DNA of 64,000 nucleotides, from contig ML978133.1 in the NCBI GenBank assembly GCA_010015805.1, positions 310,001 to 374,000 of the forward strand, given 5' to 3'. Below the pieces are notes generated by a model. That model worked only from the letters and a program-made list of their open reading frames with translations. It did not search any database and was not told where the DNA came from. Origin of the DNA: Rhizodiscina lignyota. Lineage: Eukaryota. Shown piece after piece: positions 37,348-52,685 of this stretch (positions are counted from its first letter, which is position 1; each line of letters starts with the position of its first letter). A program made the translations under genes and the position numbers.

Positions 37348-38499
37348 TCAGCAATCCTCTATGAAGAAAGCAAGAGCTATTGGGGATTCATCCTCTTCCG
37401 CGTTCGAAGGGCTGTGTTCATTGTCTTTTAGGAAGACCTTGATTCTCGTTACTTCTTTGCATCCAAGCTGTTCTTTATGGTTGACCAGAAACCAGGCCAC
37501 ACCTGCACCAAGAGGTGTTCCTAGCAGTGCTAGACCTGGAGCTGTGTCTGCGTATATATCCGGTGCCTTACGAAACAGAGGAAGCGACTTCCATTTTATT
37601 ACGTGTAGCGCTCTCTTAGCAACCCCAAGAGTCTGGCCGTCATTGTTGCTTAGACTGCGGACGATGAGCTCCACTTTTTTGGTTTTATCACCTGCAACCT
37701 CCTGTCATAACAGGAAGGTAACGTCGGACCACTGTTTGAGACTAGGAGCGACTGTCGGATCAACATCCTCATGGTTTTTCCAGAGCGTTTGGTAAACATG
37801 CGTCGGACTCATGGATGCGATTTCCATAATAAGACCGCGGTCAATGTTGTAGACAGATTGATACTGCGCTCCATGGAGCTATAAAAATTGTAAGTATAGT
37901 GACCTGAAGAAGATTTAGAAACATACTCCGAGTTCATTGTTCTGCCACTCCGGGTGGGCCCAAGACCACCATGACGCTTTCGTCGCTTTATTCGAGCGAG
38001 CATTACGGATACCAACGCTCTCGAAGACGGAGCCAGCGGAAGCAACGGCATCAATCATAAGCTCATCGAGATAGAGGTCAAAGGACGTCCACCCACTCTC
38101 CTCAATATCATCCCACGATTTCCATTCGCTTTCGAGCGACTGATCATTGCCACGGTCCCGCATAAGGGCTTTCAACCTCTCTCCTTTGCAGCGAAGCGTG
38201 TTCCATTGTTCGTTGGAAAGTTCGGAGCTCGGGTCATTGTCAGGCAACTTTGCACCTGACCGAGTATCTAAGTCTGAAGAGGTGTCATTCAGACCAGTCC
38301 ACGAAGCTAATTCATCTGACCGTTTGGCACGATTATCAAGGATCCCGAATTTTTGTATCAGATGGTGTGCATGCCCTGCATTGGCTCCTTTGGCAGCTGA
38401 ATGATCCGGAATTGTGGCTCCTTTCGACAAGCCAGGAACGACGATAGCGCAAAGTAAAAGGAATGATAAGGTGGTAATTAACGTGGTATGCAATTCCAT
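37348..38499 (-). pseudogene. Tandem paralog 3 with an in-frame TGA at a conserved Trp (37705-37707)
   Basis: Signal peptide MELHTTLITTLSFLLLCAIVVPGLS, WNTLRCKG, same phase-0 intron, PSLKQWSDVTFLL*QEV, then intact ALLGTPLGAGVAWFLVNHKEQLGCKEV. Confidence 0.72.
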
Positions 38500-38977
38500 T
38501 GCAACGATATGAAATTTCGAAGGAAGACAAAATCAGAGGAGATAAGGCGCTGGCTTGCCTGCTGGAGGACTCTCAGTGTTGGAAAGATTAAAGGGAAATA
38601 CAGGAGAGATACAGATATCAATACTTTAAATAAGAGCATTTTCCGACCAATACATTCTCCGACGTCACCCTAAAGGCTTGCGAGGACAGATTGTACTTCG
38701 AGACTGGAGGATACTTGGATGTCCAAAGTGCTGCTTCCCGCGGATGAGGTAGCTTTTGCACTCCATCATCCGCGGATGTCGAGAGGTGTGACGCAGGGAT
38801 ATCAGCATCAAGAGCCTCTCTGTATATGAAACAGTTGGTTGGCTCTATGAAGTAAGTTGGAATTGGAGGAGTGATGTACTTTGAGATGCAAAATTGGAGA
38901 GGAGGCAAGGCAGGATCTCTTGAAGTTGATGTTGCACGTAGGGCGCTAAACCAAATTTGGAAACATAATTGGATAAC

Positions 38978-38988
38978 ACGCGACGCGT
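38978..38988. promoter_or_regulatory. Overlapping MCB-like elements (ACGCGACGCGT) upstream of ORC6
   Basis: ACGCGT MluI cell-cycle box about 115 bp upstream of a replication-gene ATG. Confidence 0.5.
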
Positions 38989-39103
38989 CCTTAGCGTCAA
39001 GTTGAGTTGCAACTTTTGGGTATGGACTTCGAAAACAATTTTTGAAACTGCGGCCCTGCACCAACTCTTCTCTAGCTTGTCGAATTCCTCATCTACCAGC
39101 ATA

Positions 39104-40400
39104 ATGAATCGAGAAATCGAGAAAGCACTTACCACCATCATACCGTCTCTCAGCGCGCTGCCACTTGAGCTCGTTGATCTTGCAGTCTCGCTGCTCGCAC
39201 AGAGCCGCAGCAAGGCTAGCGCACTCAAACCTGACGAGGAGATTGCTCGTTCATACATATGTGCTCATATCGCATGCGAGAGGTATGTGTTCAATTGACA
39301 AGCCTCTTCGCCGAGTCCTGCTCAACAATTGACAATCTGACCTGATCTAATCCCTTACTAGGTCTAAGCAAAAGTTAAACCTCCCACCTATCACTCCACG
39401 GCCGCCATGTGCTCCTCGAGTATACAAGAAGCTATACACCTATCTAGACTCGGCACTTTCGTCGCGTCCCACCCGTCCAAGCGCTCATCGCGCTGCTTCT
39501 CTGGAGCGAAGAGATTCTGACATTAACGTCTCTACACCTTCTCGAACCCGCAAATCGGCTCTAACGACGCCAACGGGCACACCCACCAAGCGGTCGAGCG
39601 TAGCTGTGGATAGATACGGTACACCAACGCCTCGGAGGACGACAAAGCCAACCACCGGTAGTGGGCTAGGGGAAGATGGAATAGCACAGCATTTACCTTT
39701 AGTCCGCGCCATCTGTATCGCGCTTGATCATCGGCTCTCTATCCCTCATGTCGTTGCTGGGGTTCGATCTATCCTCAAGGCTCATGGCGAATCGAAGCAA
39801 TCTACAACACCATCCCGGCCTGGCGTCCGAACCCGCCGTTCAGGAGCTGACCAACTCAATGAGACGCCAATATCTGAGGATGAGATCCCTGCTTTGATCA
39901 TTATTGTCATGGTCATGGCAGTTGGAAGACTGAGTGGAGAAGATGTGAATGACGCTTATGTTGCAGAGAAAGCCCAAGCAGCAGTGGACAGTCTGTCGGC
40001 TTCGAATAGTGATGTCGCACAGAAATTCAACGTTGACATGGTAGTGTTGACTAAGAACGTTGCGGACCTGACACGACGGGCGGAGCAAGGATGGCTGGAT
40101 ATGGAATGGTTTTGCAACATTGAAGAGCCAGGAGCCGACAGTGACCACAGACACAGTCAGGGCGACATGCTTAAAACTGCGAATGTGGAAGATGATGAAC
40201 TCCTGCCTATATCATCATCGCGACGTGCATCGAGAACGTCGAAAAAGAGGAAGAGGGATGAATATCCAGCTGAGCCTTTCCTGCAGCCAGGGCTTGGGAC
40301 GATGTTCTGTGATGCGGTAGATTGGCTGAGCGAGGACAGAAAATCAAGGTACCAGATCTGGAAACGGGAGATTATGGCCAAGCTAGAAAGCGCAGCGTAG
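39104..40400 (+). CDS. ORC6: Origin recognition complex subunit 6, one intron
   Basis: SLLAQSRSKASALKPDEEIARSYICAHIACER|LKQKLNLPPITPRPPCAPRVYKKLY, plus C-terminal PGLGTMFCDAVDWLSEDR..YQIWK. Confidence 0.9.
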
Positions 40401-40444
40401 AACGGAGACCAGCTCCTGGCAACGCACGTATTTTTGAGCTAGTT

Positions 40445-41825
40445 TTAATACCAAATGCTACGCGTCCTGTGATGCGGTATCATTTCTCTTACCTCTTCGT
40501 TTCGCTCAAGCTCACCCCTTCGTGCTCGTCGAATTGAACCAGCACCAACATCAGCATTTTCTTTGCTGGCAGTTAAGCTCTCTTGAGCTTTCTTCTCCAG
40601 CTCTTTCATTGCATCATACAGGAAGAAGTCAATCAGTATCGCGTTTAACTCTGCATCAGGGTGCTTCCTCTTGATTTGCCGGCGTATCGACTCAACGCTC
40701 CAAATACTGCAGCCCCTGAGCTGTATCTCCCAGGAACTGCCAGGGGGTATCTCCCGCTTAGCTCGAATATGAGCATCCAGTGGGGGAGAATAGGACATAC
40801 TCCCCAGCGTATGCAAGATCTGAGGTATTCGGTAATCTGCAGAAAGTTAATGATCAGGCATTGTTACGGAATCGGTTACGATTGAGCATACCTGCGAACA
40901 TCGTGATTTTGTCAATATCATCAAAATCTCCCCAGTCTTGGCCGTCAAATGCGGCCCAGAGATCTGCCACGAAGATCTGTGCACGCTTGAGGAAGCGCAC
41001 TTTTCGACCTTCAAACCTCGACTCATCTCGAAAGCTTGGAAAGTGTTCTGCAAGTATGTTGGCCAGCCCAGGCGCGGAATGATCAGCTGATGTAACAAGA
41101 CTACTGATGCAGCTTTCGAAATTCTACTATGTCAGTGAGAGCTGGTTTTGGAAACAATTATGAAGCCTCTAGAGAGTGAAGGCAACTCACCATGCAGAGC
41201 ACCTCCCCAGCTTCTATCATTACATCGAATCGTTCCTGCAAAAGTGGCATCTCGTCATCTGTTGCAGAACGGAAGACGTGCCTGATGGTATCGATCGTCA
41301 TGTCGCCATTGTGCCAGAAATGCGGCGATGTAATCTCGATTCCTACAGTGAATAACACTATTAGTATACTACCTAGAGAGTTGCTCCCCCGTGGGCTCTC
41401 TAACCTTCTTCCAGCGCCCTCCTGAGTGCAGCAACTAGGGCCCAGTATCCCGTCCATCTTTTGTCCTTGTAATCAACCGCAAATCTGCTGTCCCCATCTC
41501 TTTCAGTCCAGAAGCTGAAATTCAGGAGATCCATGGTGAATATGAAGTTGAGTCGGTCTTCATCGCCCATTTCTTCCTTGCTCGGGTGGAGTTCATGCTC
41601 AGACCAACTCTTCCTGCTGTATCCACGTTGCTGCATCTGGCTCCAGATCGATTCTGCCGCTGATTGAGTACCATACATGTCCAATGCGACATCGATGCTA
41701 TTGTCGCAAATGAAAGACGCTGATTCAAGTACTTTCGTCTCCGGTGCTGCTGGAGGCCCAGAGCTTATTCCCAGACTCTTCCTCAACAACTCGAGAAGCT
41801 CTGGATCAGCCTCATCGTCCGACAT
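40445..41825 (-). CDS. QNG1: Queuosine salvage protein (DUF2419, queuosine 5'-phosphate N-glycosylase), spliced
   Basis: FIFTMDLLNFSFW, GYWALVAALRRAL, KRAQIFVADLWA, ITMFA|DYRIPQIL, EIQLRGCSIW and C-terminal PHHRTRSIWY. Confidence 0.92.
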
Positions 41826-42294
41826 TGTACCCTTCTGAAATTTAAAGGAGACGAAAGACTGCGAATAATGTCTTTGGCTCAGAAACCACTTTGTGAATTG
41901 AAGGTGGGGCAGCCTGAGATGCAGCGGATGCGGAAGTGTTCGAATTTTCCGGCTCAAATTGAGTACCGAGACACTCATACGAGTTGAAAGAGTGAATAGT
42001 GCTTTTCACTCCAACTCATCTTCTCAGGAGAAGTTTGTTAGGAGCAAGTGAAACGACATGGGTGGCCCCCAATCTTAAAATGTCGGTGATGACGTTCCTA
42101 GGCACGGCGTGGCGTGCAGATCTCGCGGCAAGTGCTTGCATGCGACGTGCAGCAGCGATCAACTTCACGTTTCCCGCGCGTTTGTCGTAGCTTGCGACCT
42201 CACCTCTCTTCCTCATCATCTTCTCTCGCTCCCACCTTCAAGATCTTTCATCTCTGATGCCTTGAAGCGACACGCTACACCTTGCTCCACCACA

Positions 42295-44380
42295 ATGGCA
42301 CGCGACAAGTATGTGCGACAGAGCCTTGGCTCTCTCTACAGCACGATCAAGGAGGTGAGATTTGGCCGATGCGGCGCAAGTAGCTAGCTACCTTCAAGCT
42401 AATCACAGTATCTAGTCGCGAGTCTTGATGGTCGGCGCCGGTGGCATCGGCTGCGAACTACTCAAGAACCTCGTCCTTACAGGCTTCGGAGAGATCCACG
42501 TCGTTGACCTCGACACTATCGATCTCAGTAACCTCAACCGCCAGTTCCTCTTCCGTCATGAGCACATCAAGAAACCAAAGGCACTTGTAAGGATATTGTT
42601 TTCAAGGCTAGCCGTTATGCAGCACCACTAATGCGGCTGCACAGGTTGCGAAGGAGTCAGCGTCCAAATTCAATCCCAACGTTAAGATCGAGGCGCATCA
42701 CGCAAACATCAAAGATCCGCAATTCAATGTCGACTGGTATCAGGGCTTCGCATTGGTCTTCAACGCGCTGGACAATGTTGAGGCGAGGAGACATGTCAAC
42801 AAGATGTGCATCGCAGCGGATGTGCCTCTGATTGAGAGTGGCACAACAGGGTTCAACGGTCAAGTGCAAGTCATCAAGAGGGTACGTGCGAATCTATCAC
42901 AACATGTCTTGTTCAATATTAATATGATTCTAGGGCCGAAGCGAATGCTATGACTGCAATGTCAAAGAGACACCGAAGACGTTCCCCGTTTGCACAATCC
43001 GAAGTACGCCAAGCCAACCTATCCACTGCATCGTTTGGGCGAAAAGCTATCTCTTCTCCGAGATATTCGGCATCAGCGAAGATGATGCTCCTGAGCTGGA
43101 TCACACCGAGAATTCAGATAATGCGAATGAGATTGCCAACCTACGGGAAGAGGCGGCGGCACTGAAGAGGATTCGAGAGTCAATGGGCTCCGAGGACTTC
43201 CCTCGGCTAGTCTTCGAGAAGGTTTTCACGGAAGACATCAATCGTTTGAGGTCAATGGAGGATATGTGGAAGATGCGGAAGCCTCCAGAGGCCCTCGATT
43301 TCAATAAGCTGTCTCATGAAGCACTAGGGGCTGGGCCGGCAGTCGCACAGCAAGACCAAACGACCTGGACTCTGGCAGAGAACTTCGCGGTCTTTGCAGA
43401 TAGCCTGAAGCGATTGAGTGACCGATTGGAGGAGCTCAAAGCAATTGCCGACACTGGCAATGCGCCACCAATTTTGACCTTCGACAAAGACGATGCTGAT
43501 ACTCTCGATTTCGTCGCGGCGAGTGCAAACATGCGCTCACACATCTTTGGGATTGATATGAGGTCAAAATTTGATATCAAGCGTACGTTTGCCTCTCTGC
43601 CGCTATCTAAAGTATCGTACAATTGCTTACATAAATACAGAAATGGCAGGTAATATAATCCCTGCAATCGCAACCACTAACGCCATGATCGCCGGGCTAT
43701 GTGTGTTGCAGGCCTTCAGAGTCATGCGAGAAGATCTTGCGAAGGCCAAGATGGTCTTCCTCACCCATTCAGTAGACCGTATCATCACCGCCGAACCTCT
43801 GCAGCCTCCGAAACCCGGCTGCCCCGTCTGCGGCGTTGCCCATACCAAAGTTATCATCGACCCATCACGTGCAACCCTGCAGGATCTAGTAGAGGGTGTC
43901 CTTAAGCCTGAGCTTGGTTACGGTGAAGAACTCAGTGTCAGTAGCGAAGCTGGCATCCTCTACGATCCAGAGCTTGATGACAACCTCTCCAAGAAACTGA
44001 GCGAGCTTGGTCTGAAGGCGGACAGCTTCATTACAGTTGTTGACGATGAGGACGATCCTAGAGTCGATCTCAGGCTCTCGATAGTAGAGCAAGCTTTGCC
44101 ACAAGACTCCAACTCCATCGTCCTTCCGGAAAAGCCTGAACTGGGAAAGAAACCAGTACCACCCCCAACCGAAGCCCCTGCTGCGGACAGCCAAACAGGT
44201 ACCGTATCGAACGGCGCTCCAGTTGCGGGCAAACGCAAGCGTGATGTGGATGAGGTCGGTCTTGAGGATGAGCAGATTCGCAAGAGAGGCAAAGTCCCTG
44301 AACAGCCCGTCGCCGCCCAAGACGATGATATTGTCTTCCTGGGCGACCCTAATGGTGGAGCCATCGTGATTGACGACTGA
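42295..44380 (+). CDS. UBA2: SUMO-activating enzyme subunit 2, multi-exon
   Basis: [28 protein letters not shown], catalytic [23 protein letters not shown] and [14 protein letters not shown]. Confidence 0.95.
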
Positions 44381-44504
44381 CAGCTCCGAGATTTCGGCTC
44401 TGCTCGATAATTTCCGTCCCTCTTACTTAGGTCGCTATCCGGCCTTCAACAAGGTATAATTGTCGATACCCCTGGATAAATCGTTTGCCTGCTCGGGCAA
44501 TGGC

Positions 44505-45521
44505 TTACAGATGGGCGCTAAGGCCCCCATCAAGATTGAGCACACAGTTATTTGCATATTCGTTGAGCGCAAGAAATGATGCGGCCTCAGCTACTTCGGA
44601 TGGATGTCCGAAACGGCCAAGTGGGATCTTTCCAAGCAGAGCATCTTTCTGATTCGTTTTGAGGCCTGATCAAATGTATATTAGCCGCTGAGACGTCAAA
44701 GGCGGATAACTTCCACATAGCTTGGCGGTTTTGATATGATCCGCTAATAGCATTGCAAAAGTAGCAAGAATACGGAGTAGGTATGACTGGCAATGAAGAG
44801 GCATAAATTCAAACTTAGGAGTCCTCAATCAGCACTCACCTTCGGTCATACCGGTCATGATGTAGCCTGGCACAATAGCATTTACTCGAATATCCATCGG
44901 ACCCATTTCCGCTGCAAGAGCTCGAGTGAGGCCTGAGCTATGTTAGACGTTCTGCAAGAAATGCCTGATAAACTCGGAGAAACACCCAGTGATCATACCT
45001 AGGATTCCGGCTTTAGATGCCGCATACGCAGCAGAACCTCTGCCTCCCTGAAGTCCCAGAATGGATGAGATGTTGATGATGCTCGCTGGACCTTCTCGCT
45101 TTTTCTTCATCAATTTTGCGACCTCGCGACAAGCCCACATCGTGCCCATCAGATTCGTCTGCACTACAGCCTCCGAATGTTCCATGCTCGCTCGCATAAA
45201 AAGAGCTTCTTGAGAAATGCCTGCAGCATTGACTAGAATGTCCGGAGGGCGCTCAGCAATCCATTCTGTGCTCCCAAAATCTTTCCAGAATGACGCCTGC
45301 CCTACTGAAGCTGAGAGAAAAGAGACTGTGCCTTCGTTCTTGTTGTTTCCATCCGCCTGAAGTTCATTTGCAGCGTTCTCTAAGTGTTTCGCCTGCCGGC
45401 TGATGAGGAGGCAATTCGCTCCTTTACTGAAGAATAGCTTTGCAATTGCGAAGCCGATGCCCCGTGAGCCTCCGGTGATGATGCAGTTGCGGCCTTTGAG
45501 AGTTCCAAGGGTGTACACCAT
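44505..45521 (-). CDS. Short-chain dehydrogenase, 3-oxoacyl-ACP reductase (CBR4/OAR1-like), 3 exons
   Basis: TGGSRGIG, VNAAG, NISS, YAASK, RVNAIVPGYI and last exon IPLGRFGHPSEVAEAA...NNCVLNLDGGLSAHL*. Confidence 0.85.
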
Positions 45522-45529
45522 TCTCGTTG

Positions 45530-45604
45530 GAAGGTATTGTTGTAGAAGGCTATTGTTGTAGAAGGCTATTGTTGTAGAAGGCTATTGTTGTAGATAGCTA
45601 TTGT
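45530..45604 (+). repeat. 16-bp tandem repeat (TATTGTTGTAGAAGGC), about 4.5 copies
   Basis: Directly visible, immediately upstream of the SDR start codon. Confidence 0.9.
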
Positions 45605-45854
45605 CAGACACAGCTATTTCAGCGCCAGTTCGTCACACATTTCTAAGCTCTTTCAATTTTCTCTTCAACGTACGGCGAAATAGCAATTACAAAATCAGAG
45701 CAGCGATCCTTATTGCGGCTTCCGGACGTTTGGTCGAACTTCAAAGTCTCTCACGTGCAGACGCGACTCCGAAAATCGCGCTAGCGTGAACCTCTCAATT
45801 CTTCAACCGCACGGCACCCTCTTCAAGTGGTCGCACTTCTACTTCACCGTAATC

Positions 45855-46215
45855 ATGGCGGAAGAGAATCAACAGTCAGACTATGTCACTCTTGTGTCAA
45901 ATGACGGCTTCGAATTCAAAGTGCAGCGCTCAGCCGCTTGCATCGCGGGCGCCATCAAAAAGATGTTGGACCCATCAAGTACTCATCTACCTCCTGTCGA
46001 TTGTGCAGTCAGCTAACGTATACGCAGACAACTTCGTCGAAGCGCGAGAAAACCGATGTCACTTCGAATCGATCAATGGCATCGTCCTCGAAAAAGTGTG
46101 CGAATACCTCTACTACGCCGAGAAACACAAGGATGCGAAGGATGTGCCGGATATGGACCTCCCGCCGGAGCTGTGCTTAGAGCTTTTGATGGCTGCAGAC
46201 TTTTTGAATTGCTGA
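45855..46215 (+). CDS. ELC1: Elongin C, one intron
   Basis: YVTLVSNDGFEFKVQRSAACIAGAIKKML, VLEKVCEYLYY and LCLELLMAADFLNC. Confidence 0.93.
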
Positions 46216-46675
46216 TGTCTTGCAATGGGGACTGCATTCAAGGCAATGATATCACTGGCGCATAGGAGCACACAGGTCGGATGGTGGAGCGGACATTCTG
46301 GTAGCATTTGCATGGCGTTTTCGGAGAGAATCGTGGGCTTCAGTCAATGACAGCAGCCGCTCTGCGATTTCAATCCACGAGAGGACAAATATATGACTGG
46401 TATGAGGCACAGGGCAGATTATGCGCGAAGAGTTGCATAGCGATGTCTATCAAATAACAATTGCACAGCTCATCCCCCATTCCCATATATTCATCACATC
46501 GTCAAGCATCACGAGCATATACGTCCCGCATCTTATCAATGAACTGGACGTCTATAGTTGATGCAAGAACAAACCTCCACTCTATCAATCAGCCCTCTTA
46601 AACCGTGAGGTCCTGATTATTGCAGTTGGAAACATCTCCCGTCTCGGACTCTTCTCTTCAATCAACTTCTTACTC

Positions 46676-49409
46676 TCACATCAAACACCCGCTCTTCTTG
46701 CTCGAGTGCAAATCCGACATTCCCAGTCTCATCTTCTTGCCCCCCACATTGACAAAGCTCTCTACAATCCATTCATACCACACTTTTCGATCGTCGGTCT
46801 GTCTCCACATGCTAACTTGAAGCTCTGAATCGTCGGGGATATACAACGGGACCTAAGTAAAGTCAGTCTCGATCTAGATGGAGCCCTAGCAGCCACAGGT
46901 CGTAGTGAGGATGTAATTTACCTTCAAAGGAAAGAATATTGGGAACCAACTAATCATATCTTTGCTCTTCCTGTCCATGGTCACTGGATTAGTGCTCAAC
47001 TCTACTCTTTCCCATTCGTTACTCCCATTTCCCTCGTACAGAACGGTTTCAAAATAGCCAGCCAAGCCGTGACACACGCCTCTTGATTTGCAAGCAAATC
47101 GCAACCTGCAAAACCTCGCATTGTGCTCGTTTGCACCGTCGCCGCCTGTCATACCACCACCACCACCTGATGCTCCTCCTCCGCGCCGCAAATTGGACTG
47201 GGCCAATATTCGTGATGGGATTGGGTGCGTGAAAGACCAGCAGGTCTGCACATCCGGCATTGGCGAGTGCGTCTCCAAATTCGGTGCTGGCCCAGACATG
47301 GTCTGCCGTTTTGCTTTGGATTCCGAGACTCGTCGAGAAGGTGACATGGTCATACTAGTTGTATCCGACTTTGCTTCGGAGTCACTCCTGGCGCGTGTCC
47401 CGTCGGTGGAGAGATAGTCAACTGCATGGAGCATGACAACATGCGGTGTTTCCGGAACGTTTGGATCCTGTGCAGCACGAGCGAGGATATCCGCATGCAG
47501 CTTAGGTGCAGCAATAGGGCTAAGGTGGGCAGTATAAGACGCTGGAATCGATATACCGCTGTATGAATTAAGGACATGTTGAGCACCATCGAGACACTCG
47601 GGGGAGAGCTCGTTGTCCGCAAATGATCCTAAAAGTTCGGAAATAAGAATGTCAACCTGTCCGATGGAGCCGTCCGCTCTGAGGGGGCCTTTCCAGGCGC
47701 GCATATCAGATTTGATGACCGTAACTCGATTGGCCCAATCCTCGTCATTATGGCGTTGAAGCACCACATATGCATTTGGATTCTTTTCGATGGCATATAG
47801 CTCGATAGGCACACCGGAAGCGGCACTTGCTTGGAGTGCTCGAGTTACGAGAGGCCCTCGACCAGCTCCAACTACAGCCACAACGACATTGCCGTTGAGA
47901 GAGGAGACTGGCTTGTTCTCCGTTACCCAATCTTTGAGAGCTTGAGTGATAGCTCTCTCGTACCACTCGTATTTGATGGGATCCTTTTCGAAGACCTCGT
48001 AGGTAATGCTCTCCAGATTGTCCGTAAGAGGCTGTAAAGGCGCTTGCAGGTAATCCTGGTATCCTGCACCGAAACGTTCAATGATTGGTTTTGGTGGTTG
48101 ATGCTTCTGTAGGTACCTGATATAACTCAAGTGCGGAGTGGGATCGTTGATTTCTTTAGCTGATAGATCTTGGCCATGCGCTGCTTCCGCAGGGGTTGGA
48201 TAGGTTGACGCCCCTACAGAAGCGTCCGCTGCTCGATCCGGAGATAGGAAACCTGTCGCAACTGGAACGAGCATGTTAGGGTCGTTTAGACCCGGAATTG
48301 GTCCAACATCACTCAGCAGGACCCACGGCTGTTGCTTTAAGCGCATGAATCTGGAGATTAGAGCCTGATGACCTCTGGATAGAACTGGTTGCCGTCTTTT
48401 GTTGAGCAGAAACGACACGCCGGGTAAGACTAAGAGACGGACTGGTTCTGAGTACCACCTCCATTGGACGTGAACGGGGGGAAGATGTTGAGGTAGGCTC
48501 AGAGCTTCATTGGCAATCAGTTAGTGGAATGTGCAGCCTTGTACTAGGATGTCAAGTCACAATAAATGGTGAAGAAAAGGGAAGTGCTCTTGTCAATATG
48601 AACAAGTAGTGAACCACAGATGTATGAGTTGCTCTTACCGACTGATAGTCTGGCATTGTATTTACACAACGTGCGGATCGTATTCCAAGCATCCCACGCA
48701 TCGAGAATATCACTGCCCTGGCTGCCATCACTTGTAAACTCTCGAAACTCAGGTCGAGCCAGCGGTGCCAAATGTCCAACTCCGCCAGTGTTGTCCCAGT
48801 CTGGATCTGGTACTATTGGCAGGTGGATGTGGATCTGAACGTAGGGTCCCAATGATAGAGCCTCATTGATTGCTCTGGCGTACTGCGCTATCCCTTCAGA
48901 GCTCGCTCGTCCGCGCCCTAGATTGGGCCCTCGCACAACGATATTGCCACTTCCACAAAACGCAGCATACGCGACTTCCTGATTGAATATCTGGCGGGAT
49001 ATATTTGACACGACCGGATCAGGCGAGGAGAGGTCTATCCAAGGGCTGGTGAAGGCAAGAAGCTGTCCAATTATCTCGTTTGGCGTAAGATATGTTTCTG
49101 AGGGCTTAAAAGGCGGAAGGAGGGGGATGGGAATCTCGTCAGCAGACACGCCCCCTTCGAGCTCTTCGAAATATGATGGGAGCAGTTTCCAGACTTCTGC
49201 ATGCAGATGCGGCGTACTGATCTCGGTCGTGAGCATGTCATACTACTAGCACGTCAGATAATTGGAAGCGCGTTCGAAAATTTCACTCTTACCCCACAAT
49301 CTCGAGCTTGCTGGAGGACCTGTTCTGTGACTGGTACAGAACGTCTAGACTCGTGCTGTCCAACGTAGAATATGGGCATTGGCTCCGCGCCAGAAGCCGA
49401 AGAGTCCAT
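46676..49409 (-). CDS. PRMT5: Protein arginine N-methyltransferase 5 (Skb1/Hsl7), multi-exon
   Basis: YQDYLQAPLQPLTDNLESITYEVFEKDPIKY, VVGAGRGPLV, AIEKNPNA, ISELLGSFADNELSPECLDG and SWFPIFFPLK; last exon MWRQTDDRKVWYEW...SGCLM*. Confidence 0.95.
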
Positions 49410-49777
49410 AGTGGCCAGGTTCAATGTGCAACAGCGCTGGGCCAGTATCACCTGTAGAGAGCAAGTTGTGCGAGTGAATGCCTTGGCGGCTGTTGGGGCA
49501 AGAGACACATCGCGGAAGTCACATTTCGTTGACGCCGAGTGTTGGTTAAGTGAATACTCTGGAAGCCAGGGAGCATCCTGACAACCGCATTTGGACTCGT
49601 GTGTGCGACTGAGCAGTGCATCCATTGGCAGCGCAATGCAGGAACACACCCTTCGAGGCTGCGCGGAATTTGCCGTTAGACTACTCTAGCCTCCGAAATT
49701 TCCTTGTCGCCTACAAAAGTTGCCCGCAAAACCAACGTGCACCGCCGATCCACCCATCTCTCACAACTTCTCACATC

Positions 49778-52192
<2,415 letters not shown>

Positions 52193-52685
52193 GCTAAGAC
52201 GTCCCGATGCAACTCTGAATCAGATGGATATGTAAGAGGATTGAATGGCATAGAAAGCTCAAATAACGACGAGTGAAAATGACTTCTAGATAACAAGTTT
52301 CACGTGCTTTCGCGTTTTCTTTAGATCGTGCACAGCCACAGTAAATCTCCGTTAGGTTAGAACAGGACCAAGCTTGACGCCTCAATGACTCCTCTGCATC
52401 ACTTTCGCAATAATTGAGTACAGCCCTCTTCCATCGAATATATCGAGCTTTTTGCAAGTGAAGAATGCTTTTTTTTTGCTCTGTTCTAGATACTGAACGC
52501 GAAATTGTATCGATACGCTGTACCAACTACCTAGCACGATAAACGTGATTCCTGACCTCAGTTACCGCGTAAGTCTCTAGCAGTTCGATCACCATTTTAC
52601 CTTCTTCAAACTTAACAACATTTTGGGGCGGCCAGATGGAGATGGCATGATGGCGCAATGCTGGCTGGACTTCAACAGTAAGAAG

